This document shows positions 20,814 to 31,078 of a stretch of DNA of 53,666 bases, in pieces (the first letter of the stretch is position 1; every line of letters begins with the position of its first letter). The notes under the pieces were generated by a model. The model searched no databases and was not told the origin of the DNA. It saw only the letters and a list, made by a program, of their open reading frames with translations. Source of the stretch: Thermotogota bacterium (GTDB taxonomy: Bacteria; Thermotogota; Thermotogae; Petrotogales; Petrotogaceae); the NCBI GenBank assembly GCA_051748045.1, contig JBNJGY010000007.1, positions 1 through 53,666 on the forward strand, given 5' to 3'. A program made the translations under genes and the position numbers.

Positions 20814-21012
20814 TGCTTAATAAAAATGAAATAATTAAAGTAGAAAAGAAAATACCAAGCATAAGAAATGCTTTTTTATCATCACTTTTAATTTTTTCCA
20901 AATCTTTATTTTTCCCTTTTTTAATTTCTACAGAAGAAGTAAAAAAATAAGAAATAGATAAAATTAAAGTAATAATTGAAATAACAAATAATATATTTAT
21001 AAATAATTCCAT
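20800..21012 (-). CDS. Small 2-TM membrane protein
   Basis: 70 aa, two hydrophobic helices, GAGGTG RBS upstream; fills the gap before dnaB. Confidence 0.7.
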   Translation of the reverse strand: MELFINILFVISIITLILSISYFFTSSVEIKKGKNKDLEKIKSDDKKAFLMLGIFFSTLIISFLLSTIFY

Positions 21013-21053
21013 TAAAAATCACCTCAAAATATTATAACATAAGGAGGCAAAAA

Positions 21054-22424
21054 ATGGACTCATTATCTTTGAATCCTCCGCATTCAATAGAAGCAGAAGA
21101 ATCGGTAATTGGTAGTATATTAATGGATCCTACTGTATTAGAAGATGTACTTGAAGAAGTAAGATATAGTGATTTTTATCTAGAAAAACATAAAATTATA
21201 TTTAAAACAATAGAACAGGTTTTTTCTTCTGCGCAGCCAGTAGATACTGTAACGTTAATAGACAAGTTAAGGAATTTAGGTCTTATACAAAAAGTTGGTG
21301 GAGAAGAAAGTTTAATACATCTAGCTCAGGTAGTTCCTACAACTGCTAACGTAATGTATTATGCTAATATAGTGAAAGAAAAAGCTCTTCTTAGAAATCT
21401 AATAAAAGCTTCTTCTGAAATAGTAGAGTCAGTAAGAACAGTGGGAGACGCCAAAGAAATACTAGAATTTGCTGAAAAAAGAATTTTTTCAATTGCAGAA
21501 GCTAGAGCTACAAGAACATATGAATCTTTGTCAACAATAGTTCCAGATGTAGTTGATCAGGTAGTTGAATTGAAAAATAAATACAGAAGAGGAGAACTTG
21601 GTCTTGTTACTGGAATACCTACAGGTTTTTCTTCTTTAGATGCTATGACTTCTGGATTTCATAAATCTGATTTGATAATAATTGCAGCAAGACCTTCTAT
21701 GGGTAAATCATCTTTCGCGTTAAATTTGGCTACAAATATGAGCATTAAACATAATGTAGGGGTAGCAATATTTTCTCTAGAAATGTCAAAAGAACAATTG
21801 ACAAATAGGATAATATGTTATCAAGCAAGAGTAGATCTTCAAAAAGTAAGGACAGGCCAAATTTCAGATGATGAATGGAGTATGATTACCCAAGTAGCGG
21901 GAGAGTTAACAGATTCAAGTTTAATATTGGACGATGAACCTGGGCTTGATTCAAGATCTTTAAGGGCAAAAGCTAGAAGAATAAAAAGAGAATATGATAT
22001 TCAAGTTTTAGTAATTGATTATTTACAATTGATGTCAGGGAAATCAGGTAATACTGAAAGTAGACAACAAGAAATATCTGAAATATCAAGATCATTAAAA
22101 TTATTAGCCAGAGAATTAGATATAACAGTTGTTGCTCTTTCTCAGTTATCAAGAGCAGTTGAACAAAGAGAAGATAAAAGGCCAAGATTAAGTGATTTGC
22201 GTGAATCTGGAGCTATAGAACAAGATGCTGATATTGTTATGTTTTTATATAGAGATTCATATTATAAAAGAAGAGGAGAAGGTGATGAAAAGCTTGTTTT
22301 GAACGAAATACATGAATCTGAATTGATAATAGGTAAACAAAGAAATGGACCTGTTGGAACTGTAAAATTTATGTTCAACCCACGTTTAGCATCATTCTTT
22401 GAAATAGATAGGAAACATGAATAA
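21054..22424 (+). CDS. dnaB: Replicative DNA helicase DnaB
   Basis: PPHSIEAE, AARPSMGKS, FSLEM, IDYLQL, SQLSR, SDLRESGAIEQDAD, KQRNGP; no intein. Confidence 0.98.
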   Translation: MDSLSLNPPHSIEAEESVIGSILMDPTVLEDVLEEVRYSDFYLEKHKIIFKTIEQVFSSAQPVDTVTLIDKLRNLGLIQKVGGEESLIHLAQVVPTTANVMYYANIVKEKALLRNLIKASSEIVESVRTVGDAKEILEFAEKRIFSIAEARATRTYESLSTIVPDVVDQVVELKNKYRRGELGLVTGIPTGFSSLDAMTSGFHKSDLIIIAARPSMGKSSFALNLATNMSIKHNVGVAIFSLEMSKEQLTNRIICYQARVDLQKVRTGQISDDEWSMITQVAGELTDSSLILDDEPGLDSRSLRAKARRIKREYDIQVLVIDYLQLMSGKSGNTESRQQEISEISRSLKLLARELDITVVALSQLSRAVEQREDKRPRLSDLRESGAIEQDADIVMFLYRDSYYKRRGEGDEKLVLNEIHESELIIGKQRNGPVGTVKFMFNPRLASFFEIDRKHE

Positions 22425-22450
22425 AAAACAACCTTCAAAGGAGGGTTAAG

Positions 22451-24652
22451 ATGAAAAATTTGGAAAGTAAGATACTTGATTTATTGAAAAAAGGGAAAAA
22501 AATACAAAAAGAAATTTATCAAGAACTAAACGCAACTAAAAAAGATCAAAAAAAGAAAATAAGAAAATCATTAAAAAATCTACTTGAAGAAGGAAAAGTA
22601 TTTAAAGATAGTAGAAATAGATATAACTTACCAGATAAAGATACCGTAATTGGGATTATAGAATTTATTAAAAGTGGAAACATGGGTTTTGTAAAAAAAG
22701 AAAGTGGAGAAGAAATAGCTATACCAGTAGAGAAAAGTAACAACGCTCTTCATGGAGATAAAGTTTTAGTTCAAAAGAAAGGGAAGTGGAGGGACCTTGA
22801 AGCTGGTGAAGTTGTTAAAATTCTTGATAGAAACTTAGAAAAAGTGGTTGGGAGATTTGAAAAGAAAAAAATGTTTGGTTTTGTTGTTCCTGTAGATGGC
22901 AAAATAAACACGGACTTTTATATAGCTCCTGAAGATATGAACAAAGCAAAGGATGGACAAATAGTTGAAATAGAAATAAAAAATTATGGAAAAACTACAA
23001 AAAATCCAGAAGCTAAGATAATAAATGTTATTGGAGATGCGGAAGATCCTAGTGTTGATTTACCTATAGTTATTTCAAAACATGATCTACCACAACCAAA
23101 AGAATTTCCAGAATCAGTTGAAAAAGAAGTAGAAAAAATTCCTAAAACTATAGCTTCTTCAGAGAAAAAAGGAAGAAAAAGCTTTATAAATCAAAATATA
23201 TTTACAATAGATGGAGAAACTGCGAAAGATTTTGATGATGCTGTAGGTATCAAAATTCTAAAAAATGGAAATTTTCAATTAAGTGTACACATAGCAGATG
23301 TATCTCATTATGTAAAAGAAAATTCAGAACTAGATAAAGAAGCGCTAAATAGAGCAACCAGTGTATATTTAATAAATACAGTAATTCCTATGCTTCCACA
23401 TGAACTTTCTGATTGGATGTGTTCTTTAGTAGAAGGCGAAGAAAGACTTACAATGTCACTTGAAATAGAGATCAATCAAAATGGAGATGTAGTGGATTCT
23501 GAGATAAACAATGGTTTGATTAAAAGTGTTAAAAGATTAACTTATAATAAAGTAAATGAATTGTTATCTGAAAATCCCTCTGAAGAAATCAAGGATGAAA
23601 TAGGGTTCTTACAAAAAGATCTAGAGAATATGATAGAGCTCATGAAAATTCTCAGAAATAACAGAAAAGAAAGAGGATCATTAGTTGATATAGAAAGCAC
23701 AGAAGTATATTTTGAATTTGATGAAAAAGGAAATGTAAAAGATATAAAACCAGTTAAAAGAGGTCAATCTGAAAGAATGATAGAAGAATTTATGATAAAA
23801 GCAAACGAAACAGTAGCTGAATATTTTGATGCTCAAGATTTACCTTTTATATATAGAGTTCATGAAGATCCAGACCCTGATATGGTTATACAGTTAAAAA
23901 ACTATCTAGAAATGCTTGGTATGAAAAGTAAAATGCCACAAAATATGCACCCTAAAGCTTTACAACAAGTATTAGAAAATACAAAAGACCATCCTTTAGC
24001 TGATTCAATACAAAAGGTACTGATAAAATCAATGAAAAGAGCGATGTATTCTGAAGAAAACATAGGCCATTTTGGTCTTGCTTCTATGTCATACACACAT
24101 TTCACATCTCCAATTAGAAGATATCCAGATTTAATTGTTCATAGATTACTAAAAAAGTATATAAAGAGTAAAGGAACTTTAAAAAAATCAGATATAGAAA
24201 AATATCAAAATCTTTTACCTGAGATTGCAGATAAATGTTCAAAACAAGAAAGAGTTGCAGATAAAGCTGAATGGGATCTCAGAGATATGAAAAAAGTAGA
24301 ATACATAGCACATCATATTGGAGAAGTTTACGAAGTTTACGTTACTGGTGTTACTAAATTTGGACTTTTTGTTGAAATTCCTGAAAAAATGATTAATGGG
24401 TTAATCCATATTTCAGAGTTAAATGATTATTTTGAATACGACAGTGATAAAAATAGACTTATGGGACAAAAAACTGGAAAAATATATAGAATTGGGGATA
24501 AAATAAACGCGGTAGTAATGAAAGCTAATAAAATTGGAATGGAAGTTGATTTTGCTCCTGCAGAAAATCAGAAAGAAATAGAAAAAAGATTAAAAAAAGA
24601 ACACCCTAATGCAAAGATCAAAGTGAAAAGAAGAAAGAAAAATAAAAGATAA
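22451..24652 (+). CDS. rnr: Ribonuclease R
   Basis: FTIDGETAKDFDDA, HIADVSHYV, EEFMIKAN, HFGL, YTHFTSPIRRYPDLIVHR, S1 domain, basic tail. Confidence 0.96.
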   Translation: MKNLESKILDLLKKGKKIQKEIYQELNATKKDQKKKIRKSLKNLLEEGKVFKDSRNRYNLPDKDTVIGIIEFIKSGNMGFVKKESGEEIAIPVEKSNNALHGDKVLVQKKGKWRDLEAGEVVKILDRNLEKVVGRFEKKKMFGFVVPVDGKINTDFYIAPEDMNKAKDGQIVEIEIKNYGKTTKNPEAKIINVIGDAEDPSVDLPIVISKHDLPQPKEFPESVEKEVEKIPKTIASSEKKGRKSFINQNIFTIDGETAKDFDDAVGIKILKNGNFQLSVHIADVSHYVKENSELDKEALNRATSVYLINTVIPMLPHELSDWMCSLVEGEERLTMSLEIEINQNGDVVDSEINNGLIKSVKRLTYNKVNELLSENPSEEIKDEIGFLQKDLENMIELMKILRNNRKERGSLVDIESTEVYFEFDEKGNVKDIKPVKRGQSERMIEEFMIKANETVAEYFDAQDLPFIYRVHEDPDPDMVIQLKNYLEMLGMKSKMPQNMHPKALQQVLENTKDHPLADSIQKVLIKSMKRAMYSEENIGHFGLASMSYTHFTSPIRRYPDLIVHRLLKKYIKSKGTLKKSDIEKYQNLLPEIADKCSKQERVADKAEWDLRDMKKVEYIAHHIGEVYEVYVTGVTKFGLFVEIPEKMINGLIHISELNDYFEYDSDKNRLMGQKTGKIYRIGDKINAVVMKANKIGMEVDFAPAENQKEIEKRLKKEHPNAKIKVKRRKKNKR

Positions 24653-24661
24653 ATCAAAAAC

Positions 24662-24703
24662 AAAAAGAGAGATTCTTCTGGAGGGAGAATCTCTCTTTTT
24701 TTT
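24662..24703 (+). terminator. Intrinsic terminator after rnr
   Basis: AAAAAGAGAGATTCT / AGAATCTCTCTTTTT plus T-tract. Confidence 0.85.
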
Positions 24704-24749
24704 GATTTGAAAACACTTTCTTGACGAGAAGGAGTTTATACAAATCGTA

Positions 24750-24776
24750 GTATTACAATTACAATGTTTGTAATAC
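24750..24776. promoter_or_regulatory. Candidate operator: perfect 9-9-9 inverted repeat
   Basis: GTATTACAA-TTACAATGT-TTGTAATAC upstream of the MCP operon. Confidence 0.4.
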
Positions 24777-24974
24777 ATTATTATATTAAACGAGAAAAAT
24801 TAAAATAAAGTTTACTAATTGTAAAATTTATATGAATTTCAAAAAAGTTATAATTAATCTTATCAAAGAGGTATTGGTTAGCGATGAAATAATTAACGCC
24901 ATACAAAAGTAATACTAAAGTAAAATAAAAGACATAATTAGAGAGTATTATAAAATAGAAATACAAAAAAATAC

Positions 24975-24987
24975 ATTGTATTACAAT
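24975..24987. promoter_or_regulatory. Candidate operator palindrome next to the MCP RBS
   Basis: ATTGTA-T-TACAAT, containing the same GTATTACAAT decamer as 24750-24759. Confidence 0.35.
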
Positions 24988-25005
24988 ATTTAGGAGGTAG
25001 TATTT

Positions 25006-26619
25006 ATGACAAAGACAAAAAAAAGAATATTTTTATTTGTAGTTATTTTATTTTTTACCTTGGGAGTTTGGTTATTTACTTATTTTTCTATTAATTCATT
25101 CATAGAACTACTACCTCAAAGCAATATAGATGATTTTAAATCATTAAGAAACATTATGTTGTCTATAATATCAATCTTTGGTATTTTTATATTATACTTA
25201 TCATTTTATATGCTTATAAAAAAAACAAATGAAACTTATAAAAAAGAATTAAAATTATTACAAGATTTATCTAATGGATATTTAGGTACGCCTTATAATG
25301 AAAATGTTAAAAATACACTTTCCAATTTATTAGAGTCTATAAGAATAAAATTTTTAAGTTCTTTAAAATATGTACTGAGAACTACTCAAGTATTAAGTAC
25401 AGGGAATTCAAAAATAGAAAAAGTCTCGGATAAAATAAACGATTTGACCTTAAAAATAGATGATTTTATTGAGAAAACAGAAACATCTTCAAAAAACACA
25501 GTAGCATCGGTTCAGGAAGTTAATGCTGGTTCTGAAGAAATAGCAACAACTGCACATGATATTGCAAATTCTTCAGAAGAAATTCAGAAAAATTCAGATG
25601 ATTTATATCAAAAAGCTATAAATGGCAAAGAAAAAGTTGAACATATAAATAGGATTTCTGAAGAGTCAGTAAAACAATCAAAAGATACAAGTGAATATGT
25701 TAAAGAATTAAGTGATAATATTTCTGATGTTGCTAAAATACTAGAGAGTATAAACTCTATAACAGAACAAACTAATTTGCTTGCTTTGAATGCAGCAATA
25801 GAAGCAGCAAGGGCTGGAGAAGCAGGGAAAGGTTTTGCTGTAGTAGCTTCAGAAATAAGAAGTTTAGCAGATGAGAGTAGTAAAGCAACTGAAAACATAT
25901 CAAATATATTACAAAAAATAAATAAATCTAGTGAAAAAGCAAATAATTCTGTAAATAACACTGTAAAAAATATAGAAAACACATTTCAATATTCAAATGA
26001 AGTAAGTGGAATGTTCGAAGAAATAATCACAGATGTTAATTCAGTTCATGAAATGATAGAATCTTTAACAGCTGCTTCTGAAGAACAGAGCGCGACAACT
26101 GAAGAAATGGCTTCATCAATAACAAATATTACAAATGCAATAGAAACAATAGCTCATGATTTGAACAGTATTAAGGATGTATCAAAAAAGAAAAAAGAAT
26201 TAACAAAATCATTGATGAATTTAATTCCGGAGTTAGAAGAATCAAAACAAAATTTAATGGAATTATTTGAAGAATACGATATTTCAGAAAAGTCTTTTGT
26301 AGAAGAACAAAAAAAAGCAGCTATTGAAGCTCACACAAATTGGGTAGAAAACTTGAAAAAAAGTATAAAAAATAAAGATATGCTAAATGTAGAAGGTAAT
26401 CATAAAAAATGTAAATTTGGTATATTTTTACAAATAGTTGAAAAAAATCTTGAAAATCCCAAATGGGAAAAAATAAACGAACTACATGAAGAATTACATA
26501 ACAAAGCTCACAGTATAAAAAAATATTTAAATAATAGTAATTTTCAGGAAGCTGAATCAGAATATAAAAATGCTGAAAACATCAGTACTAAATTAGTTTC
26601 ATTGATAAACTCATTATAA
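25006..26619 (+). CDS. Methyl-accepting chemotaxis protein with C-terminal CZB zinc-binding domain
   Basis: 2 TM with a very short loop; [37 protein letters not shown] ligands AHTNW..HKKCKFG..LHEELH. Confidence 0.93.
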   Translation: MTKTKKRIFLFVVILFFTLGVWLFTYFSINSFIELLPQSNIDDFKSLRNIMLSIISIFGIFILYLSFYMLIKKTNETYKKELKLLQDLSNGYLGTPYNENVKNTLSNLLESIRIKFLSSLKYVLRTTQVLSTGNSKIEKVSDKINDLTLKIDDFIEKTETSSKNTVASVQEVNAGSEEIATTAHDIANSSEEIQKNSDDLYQKAINGKEKVEHINRISEESVKQSKDTSEYVKELSDNISDVAKILESINSITEQTNLLALNAAIEAARAGEAGKGFAVVASEIRSLADESSKATENISNILQKINKSSEKANNSVNNTVKNIENTFQYSNEVSGMFEEIITDVNSVHEMIESLTAASEEQSATTEEMASSITNITNAIETIAHDLNSIKDVSKKKKELTKSLMNLIPELEESKQNLMELFEEYDISEKSFVEEQKKAAIEAHTNWVENLKKSIKNKDMLNVEGNHKKCKFGIFLQIVEKNLENPKWEKINELHEELHNKAHSIKKYLNNSNFQEAESEYKNAENISTKLVSLINSL

Positions 26620-26644
26620 GTATTCAAAAATTGGAGATGATTTT

Positions 26645-27622
26645 ATGGTCATTGAAAATAAAATCGATGTAAAGACAATCAAGGCCCCCCTTAAGATAGT
26701 CTATTTTAGTCAGAGAAAAGGGAAGAAAAATTTGTTTTTTCTTCCCTTTCATTTAAAAAATAGAGAATCATATATCATTCTTTCAAATAAGTCAATTTTT
26801 ATATCAATAGCCTTAAAAGGATATATAAATACTAAAGAGATTTTAGATAATCCTACCAAAAATGGTATAATTAAAGTAATATCAAAAAACAGAAAAGAAA
26901 TAAAAAATATTGTAGATATAATAAAAATAAAAGATGTAAAAAGAGTTAACAGAATTAGCGATGTTAAAAAGATATATCATAAGAAAAAACAAAATAACAG
27001 TTTATTTTCATCAATGATTTTTTCTTTTGCTAAAATGTCAGAAATGGGCTTTCCTAAAATAGATTACCATCTTAAATTATTTAGAGTTTTGTCAAAAATA
27101 ATTATTGAAAAGATGGAAGAAAATCAATTATTAAGATCTAAGCCAAAATATTTTTCTAAATATTTTGTAATTTTTAGCGTATTACATGATATAGGTAAAA
27201 TATCTATACCTAATAGATTGTTATATAGTAATAATCATTTATCGGAAGATGAATATGAGATTTATAAAACACATATTAACTTTGGGATTCATATGATCGA
27301 AGATCTTTCTAATCATTGGAATTTAAAAGATAAAAAGATATTAGATATAGCAAAAAATCTTATAAAGGATCATCATGAAAATTATGATGGTTCAGGTTAT
27401 CCAAATTCTTTAAAATCAGAACAAATATCAATTGAAGGAAGAATTACGGCTATTATAGATAATTATTTAAAATATCTTACCAAAGAAAAAAACAAAGAGG
27501 CGGCACATAAAAATGCTATTAATTGTTTAGTCCAAAACAAATCGAAAAAATTTGACCCTGAAATTGTAGATATTTTTATTTCCTTAGAAGATGAAATTTA
27601 TAAAAATATTTCTTCGATATAA
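26645..27622 (+). CDS. HD-GYP domain protein (atypical)
   Basis: HDIGK, KTH, HHENYDGSGYP, KKFDPEIV; uncharacterised basic N-terminal region. Confidence 0.85.
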   Translation: MVIENKIDVKTIKAPLKIVYFSQRKGKKNLFFLPFHLKNRESYIILSNKSIFISIALKGYINTKEILDNPTKNGIIKVISKNRKEIKNIVDIIKIKDVKRVNRISDVKKIYHKKKQNNSLFSSMIFSFAKMSEMGFPKIDYHLKLFRVLSKIIIEKMEENQLLRSKPKYFSKYFVIFSVLHDIGKISIPNRLLYSNNHLSEDEYEIYKTHINFGIHMIEDLSNHWNLKDKKILDIAKNLIKDHHENYDGSGYPNSLKSEQISIEGRITAIIDNYLKYLTKEKNKEAAHKNAINCLVQNKSKKFDPEIVDIFISLEDEIYKNISSI

Positions 27623-27637
27623 AATGGAGTGATATAT

Positions 27638-29671
27638 ATGAGTAAATTAATACCAACTAGTATGAGATTGCCGGAAGAATTAATGAATCATTATCAAGAA
27701 CTTTCAGAAAAATTAAATATTCCTAGAACCATGCTAATGAGAGATGGTTTAAGTGATTACATCAAAAAAGCTAAATCATATGAAAATAATGGAATTGAAT
27801 ATGCTTTTGGAACTGTAAACAAAGAATCAATAGATATTTTTGAAATACATGATTCATTTAAAGAATTCTTTGCGGTATATGAGTGGAATAATAATGCTCC
27901 AGGAAAATTAGTCAAAATAAACTCTTATGGAGAAAATTTATTTGAAAAAGGTAGAAAACCATTAAAAGAACTATTGGAAATAGAAAATGAAATTTATTAT
28001 GAAAAAATACTAAATGATCTAAAAGATAATCAAGTTATTACTGTAAATAGGGAGATTAAAACAGATAGTAAAGAAGAAAAATGGTTTGAATTTAATTTGT
28101 TTTTATACATATCAGATAAATTTCAATTCTTGATAGTAAAAGGAATTTATCTGAACGAAAAAATTAAAAATAGTTTTATTAATGAAAAGATCAATATAAA
28201 CAATATTTTGAGAAAACAATCTGATATAATATATGTTCTTCTAGATGATAATTATAGAATAATTGAAAACAGTGAATATTTCAATAATATAAGTGGGTAT
28301 GAAGAAAAAGAACTATTTATGAAATCATTCGATGATTTTATTTTACAAAATAAAAGTAATTTAATAGACAAAGCAAGTTTAAATTTAGACTTAATAACAA
28401 AAAATGGAGATAATAAAAAGTTAAAAACAAATATCTCAGTTTTTCATAGTAATAACAATAAAAGATTTTTGGTTCATGGTTGGGATATAACAGAAAAAAA
28501 ACATTTGGAGTTTTTAATTGAAAAACAGAATGAAGAAATAAAGAATTTAATCAATGAGAATGTGGAAGAAACTGTACAAACATATCAAAGTATTATAGAT
28601 AAAATACCTTATGCAATTTTTTATAAAGACACAAAAGGTAAGTTTCTCGGTTGCAATAAAAAATTTGAAGTAATTCTTGGAGTAAAAAATGAAAATATTG
28701 TAGGAAAAGATTTTGATAAAATATTAGATACTGAAAATTATAAAAAAATGAAAGAAAAAGAAAATCTAATTAGTCAAGAAAATAGCAAAGAGGAGTTTAG
28801 CCTGTCATTAACTGATGATTTTGGAAATAAAAAACCATCTCATATATTTTTAGAAAACTGGACTGAAAACACAAAAGATTTAGGACTGATAGGAATAATA
28901 TCGTTACAAGAAGAAAAAAATACAGTTAAAAATATACTTGATTCTTATAGAAATACCAATCAATATTTTTTAAAAAATGTTATAGAACTAAAAAATGAAT
29001 ATATAACTCTAAAAGATATTTTTTATACTAATATTGAAAAAAGATTTAGAAAAAAAATTTTGATAGACACTAACTTGGATTTAAAAGATTTACATGTAGA
29101 TGTAGTTTTTCTTACTGCTTTAAATATATTTTTTGAAAATATAATTGATTTTAAAAAAGAAATATTTATTCAAATTTTTATAGAAAATACATATTTGAAT
29201 TTAAACATAAATTATAAAGAAAATAATTTCGAATTTAAAAAATTATTTAAGCTTTATATAGAAGATTTATTAAAGCAAAAAAATATAGAAATGATATGGG
29301 AAGAAGATAACATCTTCTTGAAATATAAAATGCCTGATGAAAGGTTAAAAAAAATACCTATAAAAGAAAGTATAGATTATTCTGGTAAAAAAATAATCCT
29401 TGCTATGGAAAACATGAATATATTATTATTAAAAAACTTATTAAAAACCAAAGCATTCATAGCTACAGTGAACTCTATGGAAGAATTAGTTTTACAATTA
29501 AATTCTTTTGAATATGATAAAATAATTATAAAAGAAAAATTATATAAAAATAATGAATATTTACTGAAAAAATTCGAAAATAAAATAACTATAGTTTCTA
29601 ATGACTATTTGGATACAAATCATAAATATGTTTTATATCCTATAGTTATAAGTTCTTTATTCGAAGGGTGA
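27638..29671 (+). CDS. Ribbon-helix-helix + multi-PAS protein with degenerate HATPase and pseudo-receiver
   Basis: N-terminal PTSMRLPEELMNHYQELSEKLNIPRTMLMRDGLSDYI (RHH pattern); PAS segments (..HGWDITEKK; IPYAIFYKDTKGKFLGCNKKF); eroded kinase/REC tail. Start moved from GTG 27629 to ATG 27638. Confidence 0.75.
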   Translation: MSKLIPTSMRLPEELMNHYQELSEKLNIPRTMLMRDGLSDYIKKAKSYENNGIEYAFGTVNKESIDIFEIHDSFKEFFAVYEWNNNAPGKLVKINSYGENLFEKGRKPLKELLEIENEIYYEKILNDLKDNQVITVNREIKTDSKEEKWFEFNLFLYISDKFQFLIVKGIYLNEKIKNSFINEKININNILRKQSDIIYVLLDDNYRIIENSEYFNNISGYEEKELFMKSFDDFILQNKSNLIDKASLNLDLITKNGDNKKLKTNISVFHSNNNKRFLVHGWDITEKKHLEFLIEKQNEEIKNLINENVEETVQTYQSIIDKIPYAIFYKDTKGKFLGCNKKFEVILGVKNENIVGKDFDKILDTENYKKMKEKENLISQENSKEEFSLSLTDDFGNKKPSHIFLENWTENTKDLGLIGIISLQEEKNTVKNILDSYRNTNQYFLKNVIELKNEYITLKDIFYTNIEKRFRKKILIDTNLDLKDLHVDVVFLTALNIFFENIIDFKKEIFIQIFIENTYLNLNINYKENNFEFKKLFKLYIEDLLKQKNIEMIWEEDNIFLKYKMPDERLKKIPIKESIDYSGKKIILAMENMNILLLKNLLKTKAFIATVNSMEELVLQLNSFEYDKIIIKEKLYKNNEYLLKKFENKITIVSNDYLDTNHKYVLYPIVISSLFEG

Positions 29672-29675
29672 TAAT

Positions 29676-31067
29676 ATGGAAAATAAAAAATATAGCGATT
29701 TAAGAGAAAAAGCAATATCACAGTTGCCTGAAGAAAAATTGAATAAAAAAGATTATAAAGATTTAAATAACGTAATTCATGAATTAAAAGTTCATCAAAT
29801 TGAATTAGAAATTCAAAATGATGAACTAGTACAAACACAGAGAAAACTAATAGATTTAAACCAAAAATTTTATGATTTATATAATTTTGCACCGCTTTGT
29901 TATCTAACTTTAAATTCATCAGGAGATATTATTGAATCAAATTTTAAAGCATATGAATATTTTAAATTAAAAAAGGATGATCTTTTATCAAAGAGTATTT
30001 TGAACTTTGTAGATATTTCTGATTATGATGAAATGTTAAAACATCTACAAAATGTAAAAGAAACTGGAACTCTTCAAACTCAAGAAATAAAATTTAAAGA
30101 TAAATATGGGGAAAATTTTGTAGGGTTAATTCAAAGTGTCATTAATGATTCTAAAAAAGAAAGAATAATATACTCAGCGATTATAGATATAACTAATGAA
30201 AAACAAAAGGAAATAGAGATAGAAGAAAGTTATAAAAACATAAACAAACTTATAAATAATATGCAGGAAATAATTTTAATAATTGATGAACAGGGGATTA
30301 TAAAATTAGCTAACGAAAGGCTCTTAAAATTAGTTGGAGATAATGAAGAAAATTTAATAGGTAATGAATTTATTTCTTTAATCTCTCCAGAAAAAAGAAT
30401 TGATGCTTATAAAAAACTAAATCAATTATATAACAAAGATTATTATGAAAGCATATTTTCTCTCATAGATATAGAAAATAAAGAAAATGATTTTGAGATT
30501 ATTTTTAATAAAGGTTATTGGAAAAATCAAGAAGTCTATTTTTGTTCTGGAAGAAAAATCAAAAAAGAATCTGAAGATGTACTTAAAATAAATGATACTA
30601 CATTGGATAGGTTAAAAGAATATATAGAAGATGACAAGAAAGATATGGCTTTAGATTATATAAATGAAATAAAAACATCTGATAAAGATAAAAATTCAGC
30701 GAAAATGATTCAAGATCTAAATATACTTCTTATAGAAGATAATAAACCTGACACTTTAAAAGAGACATTAGAATCTTTTAATAAAAATATTACCGTAATG
30801 TCTGATATATATAAAGTCTTAGATGATTTTAGAGATAATTATTATAACATAATAATATTAAAAATTTCTTCTGGAGAAATGTCAAAATTAGAATTTCTCA
30901 AAAGAATTAAAAGGAATTATGATATACCTATAATAGGAATTTTTAGTGATTTCAATAGAGAAAACATAAAGAAGTTTGTTGAATCTGGACTAGATGATTT
31001 TATTATAAAACCAATTCTTAAAAATGAAGCCTTAAAAGAAACAATTAATAATATAATAAAAAAATAA
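29676..31067 (+). CDS. PAS-PAS-pseudo-receiver protein with HELxVHQIELE coiled coil, no kinase domain
   Basis: IHELKVHQIELEIQNDEL, YDLYNFAP..PAS..DITNEK, second PAS, REC (ILLIED...IIILK...DDFIIKP). Confidence 0.8.
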   Translation: MENKKYSDLREKAISQLPEEKLNKKDYKDLNNVIHELKVHQIELEIQNDELVQTQRKLIDLNQKFYDLYNFAPLCYLTLNSSGDIIESNFKAYEYFKLKKDDLLSKSILNFVDISDYDEMLKHLQNVKETGTLQTQEIKFKDKYGENFVGLIQSVINDSKKERIIYSAIIDITNEKQKEIEIEESYKNINKLINNMQEIILIIDEQGIIKLANERLLKLVGDNEENLIGNEFISLISPEKRIDAYKKLNQLYNKDYYESIFSLIDIENKENDFEIIFNKGYWKNQEVYFCSGRKIKKESEDVLKINDTTLDRLKEYIEDDKKDMALDYINEIKTSDKDKNSAKMIQDLNILLIEDNKPDTLKETLESFNKNITVMSDIYKVLDDFRDNYYNIIILKISSGEMSKLEFLKRIKRNYDIPIIGIFSDFNRENIKKFVESGLDDFIIKPILKNEALKETINNIIKK

Positions 31068-31078
31068 GCCTACCTAAC

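Noticed and set aside
24859-24940. SAM-I or c-di-GMP riboswitch in the MCP leader (CTTATCAAAGAG...CGATGAAA)
   Set aside because: The opening resembles SAM-I, but GGAGGGA, GCAAC, GGTGC and the closing GATAAG are missing; GGCAAA/GACGCAAAGC of c-di-GMP-I are also absent. An Rfam cmscan would settle it.
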